From positions 36,719 to 100,718 of the forward strand of contig CAXGWS010000003.1 of the NCBI GenBank assembly GCA_964013535.1: a stretch of DNA of 64,000 nucleotides, written 5' to 3'. The stretch is from an uncultured Candidatus Poseidoniales archaeon. Its GTDB lineage: Archaea; Thermoplasmatota; Poseidoniia; Poseidoniales; Poseidoniaceae. Positions 41,383 through 51,159 of this stretch are shown here, one piece after another (positions within the stretch are counted from its first letter, which is position 1; every line of letters begins with the position of its first letter). The notes beneath the pieces are model-generated. The model was given only the letters and a program-made list of their open reading frames with translations. It ran no database searches and was not told where the DNA came from. The position numbers and the translations under genes were made by a program.

Positions 41383-42327
41383 TTACATCCCAGCAGGTGA
41401 TGATTCATGATGCTTGCTTGCCAAAGAATTCTTCTTTTGCGCCACAATCACTCCGCCGGTAATCAGAATAAATGCGGCAATCAGCGACAATCCTAAACTT
41501 TCCTGCAGTAGCAAATAGCCCCCGATGATTCCAAACGGCGGCACTAAGTAGACATACAAGGCGCTCATTGAAGCGCCAATTTTTACAATTCCATCGGCAA
41601 ACCAAACATAAGCAATAACCGTGGAAAATAGGGCGAGAAATACCAAACCTATCCAACCATCAGTACTTGGCATTGATAATCCCTTAACGGTAGCTTCAAC
41701 TGCAAATATAGGTGTCAGTATAATTAAACCAGCAACTGAAGACCAAACCGTTAATTCGAGTGGATTTAGTGGTTTTTCTGAGGCTTCTGCGGGAGACGTC
41801 ATTGCTTTTTTCATTAGTATTGTATTACAAGCCCATGATAGTGCAGCGCCAGCAATTAACAAGTTCCCAAGGATACGATCTGCGAGTGGGATGTCGACAT
41901 TAGGGGAGTAGTAGAACAATATCGCCACGCCGGCAAACCCCATCATCAAACCAACAACGAGGTTCAGATGTAATTTCTCACTTAGAAAAATAACTGCAAG
42001 AATGGCGGTAAATAATGGGTTGAAGGTAATCATTAGCGAGGCATCGCCTGCAGCGGTAAATTGCATGCCAAACATAAAAAACGCTTGATACACACATGTC
42101 GAGAAAAATCCAATTAGGAATATACGACCCCATTCCGCTCGATTAGGAAACATCCACTGGCCGGAAATTCGCAAAAAGAGTAGGAAACTGAGTGTGGCAA
42201 TCACGTATCTAATCCATGATGCGGTGAATGGTAGAATGTCATTTGCTACCACTCTGCCGGCTGGCCAACCCAAGCCCCATATTACTGCAACTAAGAATAA
42301 TTTGATGTGAACAAATACATTGCTCAT
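41383..42327 (-). CDS. DMT superfamily (EamA-like) transporter
   Basis: About 10 TM helices in two EamA-like halves; 314 aa. Confidence 0.7.
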   Translation of the reverse strand: MSNVFVHIKLFLVAVIWGLGWPAGRVVANDILPFTASWIRYVIATLSFLLFLRISGQWMFPNRAEWGRIFLIGFFSTCVYQAFFMFGMQFTAAGDASLMITFNPLFTAILAVIFLSEKLHLNLVVGLMMGFAGVAILFYYSPNVDIPLADRILGNLLIAGAALSWACNTILMKKAMTSPAEASEKPLNPLELTVWSSVAGLIILTPIFAVEATVKGLSMPSTDGWIGLVFLALFSTVIAYVWFADGIVKIGASMSALYVYLVPPFGIIGGYLLLQESLGLSLIAAFILITGGVIVAQKKNSLASKHHESSPAGM

Positions 42328-42869
42328 TCAAATCGCTCCAAACCAAGTTGGAGCATTCTTGACCTTGGCAGGCCTATTTCGGGAAGGCCAGTAGCAGGAG
42401 CGTACATCTTTAGTCCTTCAATTCGTGATACGTACAGACCATAGCTTGCCATGTCATCTAGTTTGTAAGGAGTTTCAAGTCCCATTTCTGTTAGAGCATC
42501 ACATGCTTTTTGGCTGTATATTGGGTATAAATTAGTCGAGAAGTGCATCCATTCTGAGATTCTTTGGGTGTCAATTCCATCAATGGTCAAAAGGTGTTGA
42601 AGTAGTGCGACATCAGGATAAGATACTGTTCTTATGATCATCTCAATTTCGTTGGTAACTTCTTCTGGAAACGCAAAAGGTTGTCTTTGCGACCAACTTT
42701 CGGCAATTTTGATGTGGTCAATTGAGGCTTTGTTTTGGATGGTAAATATCGCGTTTGAATATTCTTCGTCATCAACACTATCTTCTACAAGACCAGGAAG
42801 AACAGAGTAGAATGATTCGCACTTGTCTACATCTACGCCGTAAAGGGAAACAGGTATCATTTGACTCAC
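42324..42869 (-). CDS. Hypothetical protein, co-oriented and overlapping with the PaaA-like gene
   Basis: 181 aa, acidic, no motif; 4-nt overlap with the next gene. Confidence 0.35.
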   Translation of the reverse strand: MSQMIPVSLYGVDVDKCESFYSVLPGLVEDSVDDEEYSNAIFTIQNKASIDHIKIAESWSQRQPFAFPEEVTNEIEMIIRTVSYPDVALLQHLLTIDGIDTQRISEWMHFSTNLYPIYSQKACDALTEMGLETPYKLDDMASYGLYVSRIEGLKMYAPATGLPEIGLPRSRMLQLGLERFE

Positions 42870-42874
42870 CTTAT

Positions 42875-44035
42875 TTATGCAGAGACACCGATGCCGGATT
42901 CTATTTGTCTTGTTGACATAGGCTTGTTAGCAATCCATTCCTGCTTGAACAGTTCCTTTAGATCAATTTCGTCTTGGTCGGTTGGGAGATTTGCTTGTAA
43001 GTAAGCATTCCAGTCATCATCGCTTCCCTCGAAAGGAGTTCCATCGACGTTGAATCGTTGTCCCTTTGCAGTACCAATGCTTCTGTTGAAGTTCTCATGA
43101 GGAACGTACAATTTTGGCGCATCGTCAGACAAGTAGCCACATAGTTTTCTTACTTCACCGACAATCTCTTGGTGATAGTGACCCCTTGATTCTTCGTTTA
43201 GGGTTGCTTTGTCGACTTCTACGCCTGCCTCTAGTTTCTTACGCTCGTCCCAGCGTCCTTTAACTCCCCAGACATATGCCCAGTGGGCAGATGATGAAGC
43301 ATCGACACCAAATAGGTCGTGAGCAGTAGAGACCCACTTGTTGATGTATCTCTGTAGTAAATCAAGTGGAATAACACCAGCTTTGATGATTCTTCTTAGA
43401 CCATTGAAACCAGTACCCAAGTGGAATGCTTCTTCTTTGAGCATTGGTCCCATAGATGCTGCAAGGGGCTTGAAAGCAGAAGTTGAAAGCATTCCAAGTT
43501 GGAATTTTCCGTCCCTGTCAACGAACATAGTGTAGCAGAAGAAATCCAACCAGTGCGGCATAGGAATGTTGAACGCTCCAAGTAGTCTGTCTCCATCTTG
43601 AGCATTTCTCTCGAGTAGTTTTTGTGCCTCTCTGCGTCCTTGTTGGCCAAAGTAGGTCATCAACAGGTAAGCCATTTGCCAACCGTGGCGTTGTTCTTCG
43701 GCCATGATTCTAGCAGCGGAGTATCGATCGAAGTCTGTTGGTGCAGATGCCAGTAGATGTCTTTGTTGTTCTACAGAAGCGAATTCAGTGTCACCCTGAA
43801 CGGTAATCATGGTGATTAGAGCATCACGCATGCTCTGGTGGGGAACTTGTAGGGAGCGTTCCCACTTTGGCCTACCTTGATAGTCGCCAAATTCGATAAT
43901 GTCGCCAGCTCTTTCCCAGTCAAATAATACGGATAGCTCGAAGTCCCCTAACCACGATGGGTCGAAACCCACCCTTTTTTGCCAGTCTTCAAAGTTTGAA
44001 ATCCACTCATCCCAAGTATTCGGTAAATTGTCCAT
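42875..44035 (-). CDS. Ferritin-like diiron-carboxylate protein related to PaaA/PaaC / BoxB CoA-ester oxygenase subunits
   Basis: Putative diiron ligands in TVQGDTEF, AEEQRHGW and KEEAFHLG (E...ExxH...E...ExxH pattern); 386 aa. Confidence 0.4.
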   Translation of the reverse strand: MDNLPNTWDEWISNFEDWQKRVGFDPSWLGDFELSVLFDWERAGDIIEFGDYQGRPKWERSLQVPHQSMRDALITMITVQGDTEFASVEQQRHLLASAPTDFDRYSAARIMAEEQRHGWQMAYLLMTYFGQQGRREAQKLLERNAQDGDRLLGAFNIPMPHWLDFFCYTMFVDRDGKFQLGMLSTSAFKPLAASMGPMLKEEAFHLGTGFNGLRRIIKAGVIPLDLLQRYINKWVSTAHDLFGVDASSSAHWAYVWGVKGRWDERKKLEAGVEVDKATLNEESRGHYHQEIVGEVRKLCGYLSDDAPKLYVPHENFNRSIGTAKGQRFNVDGTPFEGSDDDWNAYLQANLPTDQDEIDLKELFKQEWIANKPMSTRQIESGIGVSA

Positions 44036-44085
44036 GTTAATGCGAAGAATGGGTCATCCTTATTGTCTTTGCGAACATGTTCGTA

Positions 44086-44700
44086 TTAGCCGATTATTTC
44101 ATTGTAATATCTGTCGATAATTTTGCATTCAATGGCGTGTAGCATAACTGACAACGTTGACTTAGCAGTGCCCAACTCATCTGACAAGTCGGTTAGGGTT
44201 ATTTCTCTTGGAGCAGACCAGTAGCCTCTTCGCAGGGCAAGTTCGAATACCTCGCGTTGTCTCCGTGTAAGCAATTTTTCTTCACTAGATCGAGTAGATT
44301 TTAGACGCATCTGGATTTTTTCTGCTTGAATTTCACGGACCAATTGTTTGGCTTGAGATGAAGAGCATTGAATGGTCCAATCAGCCCATCCATCGATTAC
44401 ATCAAATGGGGTCCTTGGAACGACACCTACCGTTCTCAATGGTTTGATGAAACCTCCTCCACCGCTGGCAATAGTTACGCTTGCTTTACCCTCGCCGAGT
44501 GGGTTTACTGTCTCGATACCTCGCAGATTTTCTAAATCTGCGATTAACTCGGATTCTGCTGCTATCTGTGCAGTACCTCTTCCTTTGCTTAATGGCATGG
44601 TTTCGATTATTTGTAAAACTGCATTTGGATAATTCCGAGTTGCTTCGCCTGCCCAGTGTCCGTCTGGTAAGCGCACTTCTATTCTTACTATCTGGGACAT
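44086..44700 (-). CDS. Transcriptional regulator with C-terminal HTH_10 (Bat-type) domain
   Basis: C-terminal LTRRQREVFELALRRGYWSAPREITLTDLSDELGTAKSTLSVMLHAIE, as in bacterio-opsin-activator-type HTH. Confidence 0.5.
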   Translation of the reverse strand: MSQIVRIEVRLPDGHWAGEATRNYPNAVLQIIETMPLSKGRGTAQIAAESELIADLENLRGIETVNPLGEGKASVTIASGGGGFIKPLRTVGVVPRTPFDVIDGWADWTIQCSSSQAKQLVREIQAEKIQMRLKSTRSSEEKLLTRRQREVFELALRRGYWSAPREITLTDLSDELGTAKSTLSVMLHAIECKIIDRYYNEIIG

Positions 44701-44704
44701 GCAA

Positions 44705-45661
44705 TCACAAACTATGGATTCTATCGTGTCGTGATAGTTGATTTGTTTCTACATCAATCATCTCTGCAAAAGTAGCTATGCTTCCATCATCATTTATCTC
44801 CACACCCGGAAGATATCCGTCACAAACACCCGAAGCAACGAATATTGCATCCTCTGAGCGGCACAAATCTTTAGCATCCCATAATCTTGTCAAGTCATCA
44901 TCTATCATGTTCTCTGCACGGGCTTCCTCTTCATCGGAACGGAATACTAACCTACCCTCAAACACGCCACCAATACCTCGAATAGCAGTCGCAGTAATCA
45001 CGCCCTCTGGAGCAGCACCGATTCCCAACAACATGTCGTGTTCACCCTCGGGTCGAGCCGCCCAAAGAGCCGCTGAAATATCGCCATCACCGAGTAAATG
45101 GAGTTGTGCTCCTAACTGCTTAATTTCCTTGAATAGACCATGGTGTCGCGGTCTATCGAGTGCGATTATTCGAACTTCCTCAATCGATTTATCAAGAACG
45201 GATGCAACTTGCTCTATGTTGTAAGCAACACCAGCATCGAGACTTACATGCCCTTCCATTTCCGGCCCGGCTGCAATTTTGTCCATGTAACAGTCGGGAG
45301 CGTGTAGCAGGGTTCCTCTGGGTGCAGCAGCGAGGACAGCAATTGAATTAGGAAGATTATCAGCACAATTGTTAGTACATTCGAGCGGATCTACTGCAAT
45401 GTCGATTCTTGCAACATCTGGCCTGCCCACTGCCGAGCCCAATTTTTCACCGATGTACAGCATCGGGGCCTCATCCCGTTCGCCTTCACCAATCGCGACA
45501 CGTCCGTCAAATGGCACATTGTCAAAAGTGCGTCTCATCGCCTCGACTGCTGCTGCGTCAGCCGCCATTTTATCGCCTTTACCACGCCACTTTGCACTTG
45601 CTATAGCAGCCATGTCAACAGCTTCCAAGAAGTGATTTGCTAGGTTGGAGACTGTTCCCAT
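44705..45661 (-). CDS. glpX: Fructose-1,6-bisphosphatase class II (GlpX)
   Basis: KWRGKGDKMAADAAAVEAMR, GEGERDEAPMLYIGEKLG and the rest align with GlpX. The ORF opens at 45694; MGTVSN (45661) fits the family N-terminus better. Confidence 0.75.
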   Translation of the reverse strand: MGTVSNLANHFLEAVDMAAIASAKWRGKGDKMAADAAAVEAMRRTFDNVPFDGRVAIGEGERDEAPMLYIGEKLGSAVGRPDVARIDIAVDPLECTNNCADNLPNSIAVLAAAPRGTLLHAPDCYMDKIAAGPEMEGHVSLDAGVAYNIEQVASVLDKSIEEVRIIALDRPRHHGLFKEIKQLGAQLHLLGDGDISAALWAARPEGEHDMLLGIGAAPEGVITATAIRGIGGVFEGRLVFRSDEEEARAENMIDDDLTRLWDAKDLCRSEDAIFVASGVCDGYLPGVEINDDGSIATFAEMIDVETNQLSRHDRIHSL

Positions 45662-45709
45662 ATTGGGGGTTGAGAGATTCCAATCAATGAACAATGCGGT
45701 TTGAGTGGA

Positions 45710-46159
45710 TTACTCGGATTTGAATTTCTCGACTATTTTTACATCGCAAATTTCGCTATGTGGATACTGTCCGTTGCTGTCTTTCTCAAACGATTTAACC
45801 ATGTCAAGCGCGCACAGCAAACCTGCGCAAACACCGGTGATGGCTTCCATCTCTATGCCGGTTTTGTAATGAGCAGTAACACTTACAGTACATCTTACAG
45901 AATCATCTGAAACCTTCCAATCAACTTTACAACCCTCCAATGGAATTGGGTGACAGTGTGGAATAATTCTTGGCGTTTCTTTCACTGCTTGTATGGCTGC
46001 TATTGTAGAAGCCTCGATTACGTTACCTTTTTTGACACTGCCGGAGTTAATCGCCTCGATTGCTTGCTTACTCAATCTGAGCAATCCGCTAGCCACCGCA
46101 CTACGCTTGATAATCTCCTTATGACTGATATCAACGACTCCTTCTATTTCTTTATCCAT
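45710..46159 (-). CDS. moaC: Cyclic pyranopterin monophosphate synthase accessory protein MoaC
   Basis: About 150 aa with the conserved MoaC core (GVCAGLLCALDM region). Confidence 0.8.
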   Translation of the reverse strand: MDKEIEGVVDISHKEIIKRSAVASGLLRLSKQAIEAINSGSVKKGNVIEASTIAAIQAVKETPRIIPHCHPIPLEGCKVDWKVSDDSVRCTVSVTAHYKTGIEMEAITGVCAGLLCALDMVKSFEKDSNGQYPHSEICDVKIVEKFKSE

Positions 46160-46163
46160 ATTA

Positions 46164-46610
46164 TCAACCCAATCCTGCTTTCCATTGCTCTCCGTTCTCT
46201 GAAACCTCTTTTTTCCAAATTGGAGCCTGAACCTTCAATTCATCAATCAGCCATTCACAGGCTGCGAATGCTTCCTTGCGGTGCGGACTTCCCACATGGA
46301 TAGAAACAATATTTTCTCCAGCATTTACTTTTCCGGTACGATGAGACATAGCAATTTTCTTCACGCCAAATTTGTCGATTGCTTCACTCGCTAAACTGTG
46401 CAAGACACCACCTAGTTTGTCTTGCCAGGCATCGAATTCTAATCGGTGTATTTTGACGCCATCGTCGTACCCTCTAGTGATTCCCAGAAACGATACAACA
46501 GCGCCACAGCCTTGCAAATCAAGTGCGTCAAGCAACGACTGATGGTCCAAACTATCCGGAGATTCTGTTATCACAATGTCTCCGGCCATGGCTATGGGAT
46601 AGAAACGCAT
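46164..46610 (-). CDS. moaE: Molybdopterin synthase catalytic subunit MoaE
   Basis: About 148 aa; conserved MoaE segment HRTGKVNAGENIVSIHVGSPHRKEAF. Confidence 0.75.
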   Translation of the reverse strand: MRFYPIAMAGDIVITESPDSLDHQSLLDALDLQGCGAVVSFLGITRGYDDGVKIHRLEFDAWQDKLGGVLHSLASEAIDKFGVKKIAMSHRTGKVNAGENIVSIHVGSPHRKEAFAACEWLIDELKVQAPIWKKEVSENGEQWKAGLG

Positions 46611-46635
46611 AATTCAAACCTCACGCCTCGTTGGA

Positions 46636-47895
46636 GTGAACATGGCAGGGGTGAGCCCAATCAATATCATGGGCGCTGGCTTGTCAGGTTTGGCGGCAGC
46701 AACTATTCTGGCAAAAGCAGGTAGAGAGGTACACGTCCACGATATAAGAGAAGAGTCAGGTGCTCGATTCGACGGTGATTTTCAAGCCTTGGAAAACTGG
46801 AGCATGGATACCGATTTCTTTGACCAATTGAGCGATTGGGGTTTCGATATCAGTGAGTTCAAAGCAACCGAATTCAAAGTAGTCGATTTAATTCATCCAG
46901 ACGATACAATTACCCAAGCTAAAAGCCCTAAAGTCGCTTATCGCATAGTAGAGCGAGGGACTTCGAGTCACACCATAGACCAAGGCATAAAGCGGCAAGC
47001 TCTAGCCGCTGGGGCTAAAATTCATTACAAATCAAAGGTAAAGCAAGAAGACTGCCAAATTATCGCTTGTGGCCCCAAGGGCACTTCAGCAGTCGCATAC
47101 GGTGAAATATTCCATACAGACCACCCGAATCACATCGCTTTTCAACTGAACGATAAGTTGGCGCCCGGGGCTTACTCTTACCTGATAATTATCGACGGAG
47201 TTGGTCTAATCTGTACCTGTTTGTGGCGGAAGCAAAAGAAGAGTGATAGGTTTCTCAACGAAACTATTGCTTGGTATGACAAACATTACCCGACTTTGAA
47301 CCGCCGCCCTATCAAGCGTGTAGGTGGTAAAGGTGATTTTACCATCAACAAGAACTACCTGCAAGACGGTAGATATTATGTCGGAGAATCGGGAGGTTTA
47401 CAGGATTTCATGTGGGGTTTTGGCATGAGAATGGCAGTATGGTCTGGCGTTCTTGCAGCGAAGGATATCCTCGGAGAATTGGATTATGAAACCGAGGTTA
47501 GGAAACAATTACTGCCGTATGTCAAGACCAGTGTGGCAAACCGTTGGTTGATGAATCGAGTTGGCGATAGATCATTCAAATTAATGTGCAAACGCTGGAT
47601 GAAAGACCAAAACAAGCGTGGCGATGGATTGGTATGGATTGGCAAATTGTTTCGACCGACACTGCTGAAAAGTATTCTATATCGAATAGTCAATCCGTTT
47701 ATGTTGCAAAAAGACCCCAAATCAATGGGTCGCGGAGTTCGAAGAATGCCGTTTAGAAAGGCATTGAAAAGAGACGATTGGGAACCATCTAGCGAAGCAA
47801 TGGCGGTAAAAGAGCAGTGGAATCTCGTAAGAAAGGGTGGTGGCAAGACATCATTCGCTGAGGATTCCGACCAGATTTCCATCCCTAAAAGTTGA
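46636..47895 (+). CDS. FAD-dependent oxidoreductase of the geranylgeranyl reductase family
   Basis: N-terminal dinucleotide fold IMGAGLSGLAAA and a GDAAG-like second motif (YYVGESGGLQDF); a basic C-terminal extension. Confidence 0.5.
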   Translation: MNMAGVSPINIMGAGLSGLAAATILAKAGREVHVHDIREESGARFDGDFQALENWSMDTDFFDQLSDWGFDISEFKATEFKVVDLIHPDDTITQAKSPKVAYRIVERGTSSHTIDQGIKRQALAAGAKIHYKSKVKQEDCQIIACGPKGTSAVAYGEIFHTDHPNHIAFQLNDKLAPGAYSYLIIIDGVGLICTCLWRKQKKSDRFLNETIAWYDKHYPTLNRRPIKRVGGKGDFTINKNYLQDGRYYVGESGGLQDFMWGFGMRMAVWSGVLAAKDILGELDYETEVRKQLLPYVKTSVANRWLMNRVGDRSFKLMCKRWMKDQNKRGDGLVWIGKLFRPTLLKSILYRIVNPFMLQKDPKSMGRGVRRMPFRKALKRDDWEPSSEAMAVKEQWNLVRKGGGKTSFAEDSDQISIPKS

Positions 47896-47935
47896 ATGCG
47901 ATTTATTCATAATGCTAGTCCACTTCGGTTGACAC

Positions 47936-48802
47936 ATGAGCGACCTATATGGATTAAAACTCGAGCCTATGCCAAATAAACTGGTAAACTACGGAGTCAC
48001 TGAAAATGGAATTGCGGTGATAGAACTCACATCTAATTCAGCTGGAAAACCGTTAGACGGAACCAATGACCGTTCCCCTAATACCTATACTCACGAAATG
48101 ATGCGTGACATCGACGAGGCGATAGTCAAAGCCAGATTCAACGATGATGTAACCTGTATAGTACTAACCGGGAACGGAGCGTCCTTCTTTTCAGCCGGGG
48201 CTTCAATCCAAATGCTAAATTCTGTTTCTCCAGGTTTCAAGTACAATTTCTGTCTGCACGCCAATGAAACACTTTCGCGACTGGAACAAACTGCAAAGTT
48301 GGTCGTCTGTGCAATCAATGGTCACGCAGTGGGTGGCGGTCTTGAAATCGCAATGGCCGCTGATATCAGAATTGCTCGTAAGAATTCTGGCAAAGTTGGT
48401 CTGCCTGAAATCAATCTTGGTGTTTTGGCTGGAACCGGAGGTACCGCGAGACTGACAAGATTGATTGGCAAAGCAAAAGCGTTGGAAATGATGGTGACTG
48501 GTGAATTGATGTCTTTTGAAGATGCCCATGCATGCAATTTAATTAATCACATATGGGAAGGTTCTCCAGAAGACTTCCGCAGGGATATTCTTGATTGGTG
48601 TTCACAATTCACTCTGCCAAACAAGGCAGTAAAGGCTGTTGGCAATATCAAGCGTTCTTGTCAAACAGGTCCAGAGATTCCGTTTGAATACCACTTGGCA
48701 CTTGAACGTGAACTACAAGCCGCTCTGTTCAATAGTACTGATGCCAAAGAAGGTATTGCTGCATACGTTGAAAAGCGTGTAGCGAATTTCACTGGAAATT
48801 GA
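47936..48802 (+). CDS. Enoyl-CoA hydratase/isomerase (crotonase fold)
   Basis: FFSAGASIQML and CAINGHAVGGGLEIAMAADIRIA. Confidence 0.7.
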   Translation: MSDLYGLKLEPMPNKLVNYGVTENGIAVIELTSNSAGKPLDGTNDRSPNTYTHEMMRDIDEAIVKARFNDDVTCIVLTGNGASFFSAGASIQMLNSVSPGFKYNFCLHANETLSRLEQTAKLVVCAINGHAVGGGLEIAMAADIRIARKNSGKVGLPEINLGVLAGTGGTARLTRLIGKAKALEMMVTGELMSFEDAHACNLINHIWEGSPEDFRRDILDWCSQFTLPNKAVKAVGNIKRSCQTGPEIPFEYHLALERELQAALFNSTDAKEGIAAYVEKRVANFTGN

Positions 48803-48819
48803 GGCAGAGGTGATTTCAG

Positions 48820-49743
48820 GTGGCGAAATACGATGTCCCAGCAGATGTGCCCGATGAGTTGATTGAGACATTTATTCAAAACATGGATGCCGCCACTGCC
48901 GGAACGGGCAAAATGAATTTATTTGCCTGCGACCAAAAAATCGAACACTTGAATGATGATTTTTACGACGGTGACAACACTATACCGCTATCGTCGAATG
49001 ACCCCAGACATCTGTTCGAGATTGGCAATCGATGTCACGAAGCAGGAACTATAGGAGTACTTGCGGGCCAATTAGGACTAATCTCTCACTATGCACGAGA
49101 TTATCCGGATGTGCCTTATTTAGTGAAATTAAATTCAAAATCACATCTTGTGAAGACCTCTCAAAGAGATCCCGTTTCTCAAGCACTTTGGGACATGGAT
49201 GACGTGATGTCATTGGTGCACAATGGAATCAATGTCGTAGGAATCGGCTACACCATATACATCGGCAGTGAATATGAGCACGAAATGATGTCTGAGGCAG
49301 CACAGTTCATTCGTCAAGCACATGAACTTGGGATGGTCTCTGTTGTTTGGATGTATCCCAGAGGCAAGGCAGTTGCTAATGAGAAAGATCCGCAACTTAT
49401 CTCCGGTGCAGCAGGAGTTGCTGCATGCATTGGTGCAGACTTTGCCAAAGTGAACTACCCGAGTGAATTTCCAGGTATGACAAGGTCTGAATCATTAGCC
49501 ATAGCTTCACAGGCTGCTGGTCGTACAGGAATAATTTGTTCTGGTGGCGGCTCTTTACCTCCAGAAGAATTCTTGCAGAGACTTTGGGAGCAGATGAATA
49601 CAGGAAATTGTCGTGGTGCTGCGACAGGTCGCAATATTCACCAAAAAGATACAGAACGTGCAGTAAAGATGACTGCTGCTTGCCACGCGATTATTTGTGA
49701 AGGTGCGTCGGTAACTGATGCCCTCAAAATTTACAATTCTTGA
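48820..49743 (+). CDS. Class I fructose-bisphosphate aldolase, DhnA/FbaB (DeoC-fold) family
   Basis: TIM-barrel DhnA-type pattern with a Schiff-base lysine context (GADFAKVNYP); 307 aa. Confidence 0.6.
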   Translation: MAKYDVPADVPDELIETFIQNMDAATAGTGKMNLFACDQKIEHLNDDFYDGDNTIPLSSNDPRHLFEIGNRCHEAGTIGVLAGQLGLISHYARDYPDVPYLVKLNSKSHLVKTSQRDPVSQALWDMDDVMSLVHNGINVVGIGYTIYIGSEYEHEMMSEAAQFIRQAHELGMVSVVWMYPRGKAVANEKDPQLISGAAGVAACIGADFAKVNYPSEFPGMTRSESLAIASQAAGRTGIICSGGGSLPPEEFLQRLWEQMNTGNCRGAATGRNIHQKDTERAVKMTAACHAIICEGASVTDALKIYNS

Positions 49744-50807
49744 TTTATGAGGTGGAGGAAGTGGGTGTAATTCATCCAGATATCTGTAAGGCTGAAACAT
49801 TGCCATCAGAATATTACACGGATGAAAAATTGTATCATCAAATATTAGACAAATTCCCAACCTCATGGTCTTTCATCGGGCCATCCTCTGTGCTCAATCA
49901 AAACACTGTTGTTCCAGTATCAATTGGTAAAATTCCAATGCTGTTGACAAAAAAAGGTGATGAGATAAACTGTGTGTCAAATGTTTGTACCCACAGAGGG
50001 ATGATTCTATGCCAGGAAAATAAAACAACTTCATCGATTATTTGTCCTTATCATGGGCGAACTTTTTCCCTTGATGGTAAGATAAAACACATGCCAAAAT
50101 TTTCTGGCGTCGAAAATTTCCCTGCACCAAGTGATGATTTGCCCTGTGCGCAAGTGGTTAATTGGCATGGTATGTTGTTCGCTAACTTGTCAGCATCGAA
50201 AACCTTCGATGAATACATCTCAGTGGTAGAGGAGCGTATGAATTTCATTGAATTTTCCCGGCTTACTATTGTTGATAACCTAGCTCGTTTGCACGACATC
50301 TCGGCGAATTGGATGCTTTATGTAGACAATTATCTTGAGGGATTCCACATACCTTATGTGCATAAGGGACTAAATTCAGTTATTGATTATTCAAATTATG
50401 AAACCGAGGTATTTGATGATGCAGTACTTCAAGTTGGTTATGCAGTTGACGGCGAGGAAGTATTTGACATTCCGGCAGGACACCAAGATTACGGCAAAAA
50501 CATTGCCGCTTATTACTGGTGGATATTCCCGAATCTAATGTTGAATTTCTACCCGTGGGGGTTATCAATCAACGTTGTCAAACCAAAAGGCATCAGTTCA
50601 ACTCAAGTCGTCTACCACGGTATGGTATTAGATCAAGATAAATTCGGCATCGGAGCTGGCGGTGATTTGGATACTGTGGAGCATGAGGACCAAGATATCG
50701 TTGAGGGTTGTAATTTAGGCATGAATTCGCCACTATATCATCGAGGGCGTTATTCGCCTACGATGGAAAAGGGCGTTCACCATTTTCACAGATTGCTTAC
50801 TGAATGA
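49740..50807 (+). CDS. Rieske [2Fe-2S] non-heme iron oxygenase alpha-subunit-like protein (choline-monooxygenase-like)
   Basis: Rieske box CTHRG...CPYHG. Mononuclear-iron motif NYLEGFHIPYVHKG with a downstream Asp; 355 aa. Confidence 0.65.
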   Translation: MIYEVEEVGVIHPDICKAETLPSEYYTDEKLYHQILDKFPTSWSFIGPSSVLNQNTVVPVSIGKIPMLLTKKGDEINCVSNVCTHRGMILCQENKTTSSIICPYHGRTFSLDGKIKHMPKFSGVENFPAPSDDLPCAQVVNWHGMLFANLSASKTFDEYISVVEERMNFIEFSRLTIVDNLARLHDISANWMLYVDNYLEGFHIPYVHKGLNSVIDYSNYETEVFDDAVLQVGYAVDGEEVFDIPAGHQDYGKNIAAYYWWIFPNLMLNFYPWGLSINVVKPKGISSTQVVYHGMVLDQDKFGIGAGGDLDTVEHEDQDIVEGCNLGMNSPLYHRGRYSPTMEKGVHHFHRLLTE

Positions 50808-50809
50808 AT

Positions 50810-51154
50810 TCAGAATTTGTCTTCAGCAGGAGTTCCTGTGGTGACGTTACCATCTTGGTCGATGATGATTGGTGTTCCTTCTTCCCAGCCTGGGCAGTTG
50901 CTGGAAACCCAAGTTCGAGTTGCCCATTCGCAGATGTCATATCCGCCAGAGAGAATTCCAGATCGCTTTATGTATCCAACTTTGACAATGTCTTTGTCTT
51001 TAGATAGAACGTTACCCAATTGTTGGCTTGTAGTGCCGTGACGCATCGTACTATTGATGTGTTCCAAAATCTCCGCAGTGTTGCGGGGTCGTTCTCCTAA
51101 AAATTTCTTGATTTTTTCTCTTATCCTAGTTGTTTTCATCATAATCACGCTCAT
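50810..51154 (-). CDS. Small hypothetical protein, possible winged-helix DNA binder
   Basis: 114 aa; NTAEILEHINS...TSQQLGNVLSKDKDIVKVG resembles an HTH-wing. Divergent from the 840-aa gene across an AT-rich intergenic region. Confidence 0.3.
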   Translation of the reverse strand: MSVIMMKTTRIREKIKKFLGERPRNTAEILEHINSTMRHGTTSQQLGNVLSKDKDIVKVGYIKRSGILSGGYDICEWATRTWVSSNCPGWEEGTPIIIDQDGNVTTGTPAEDKF

Positions 51155-51159
51155 GTCAC

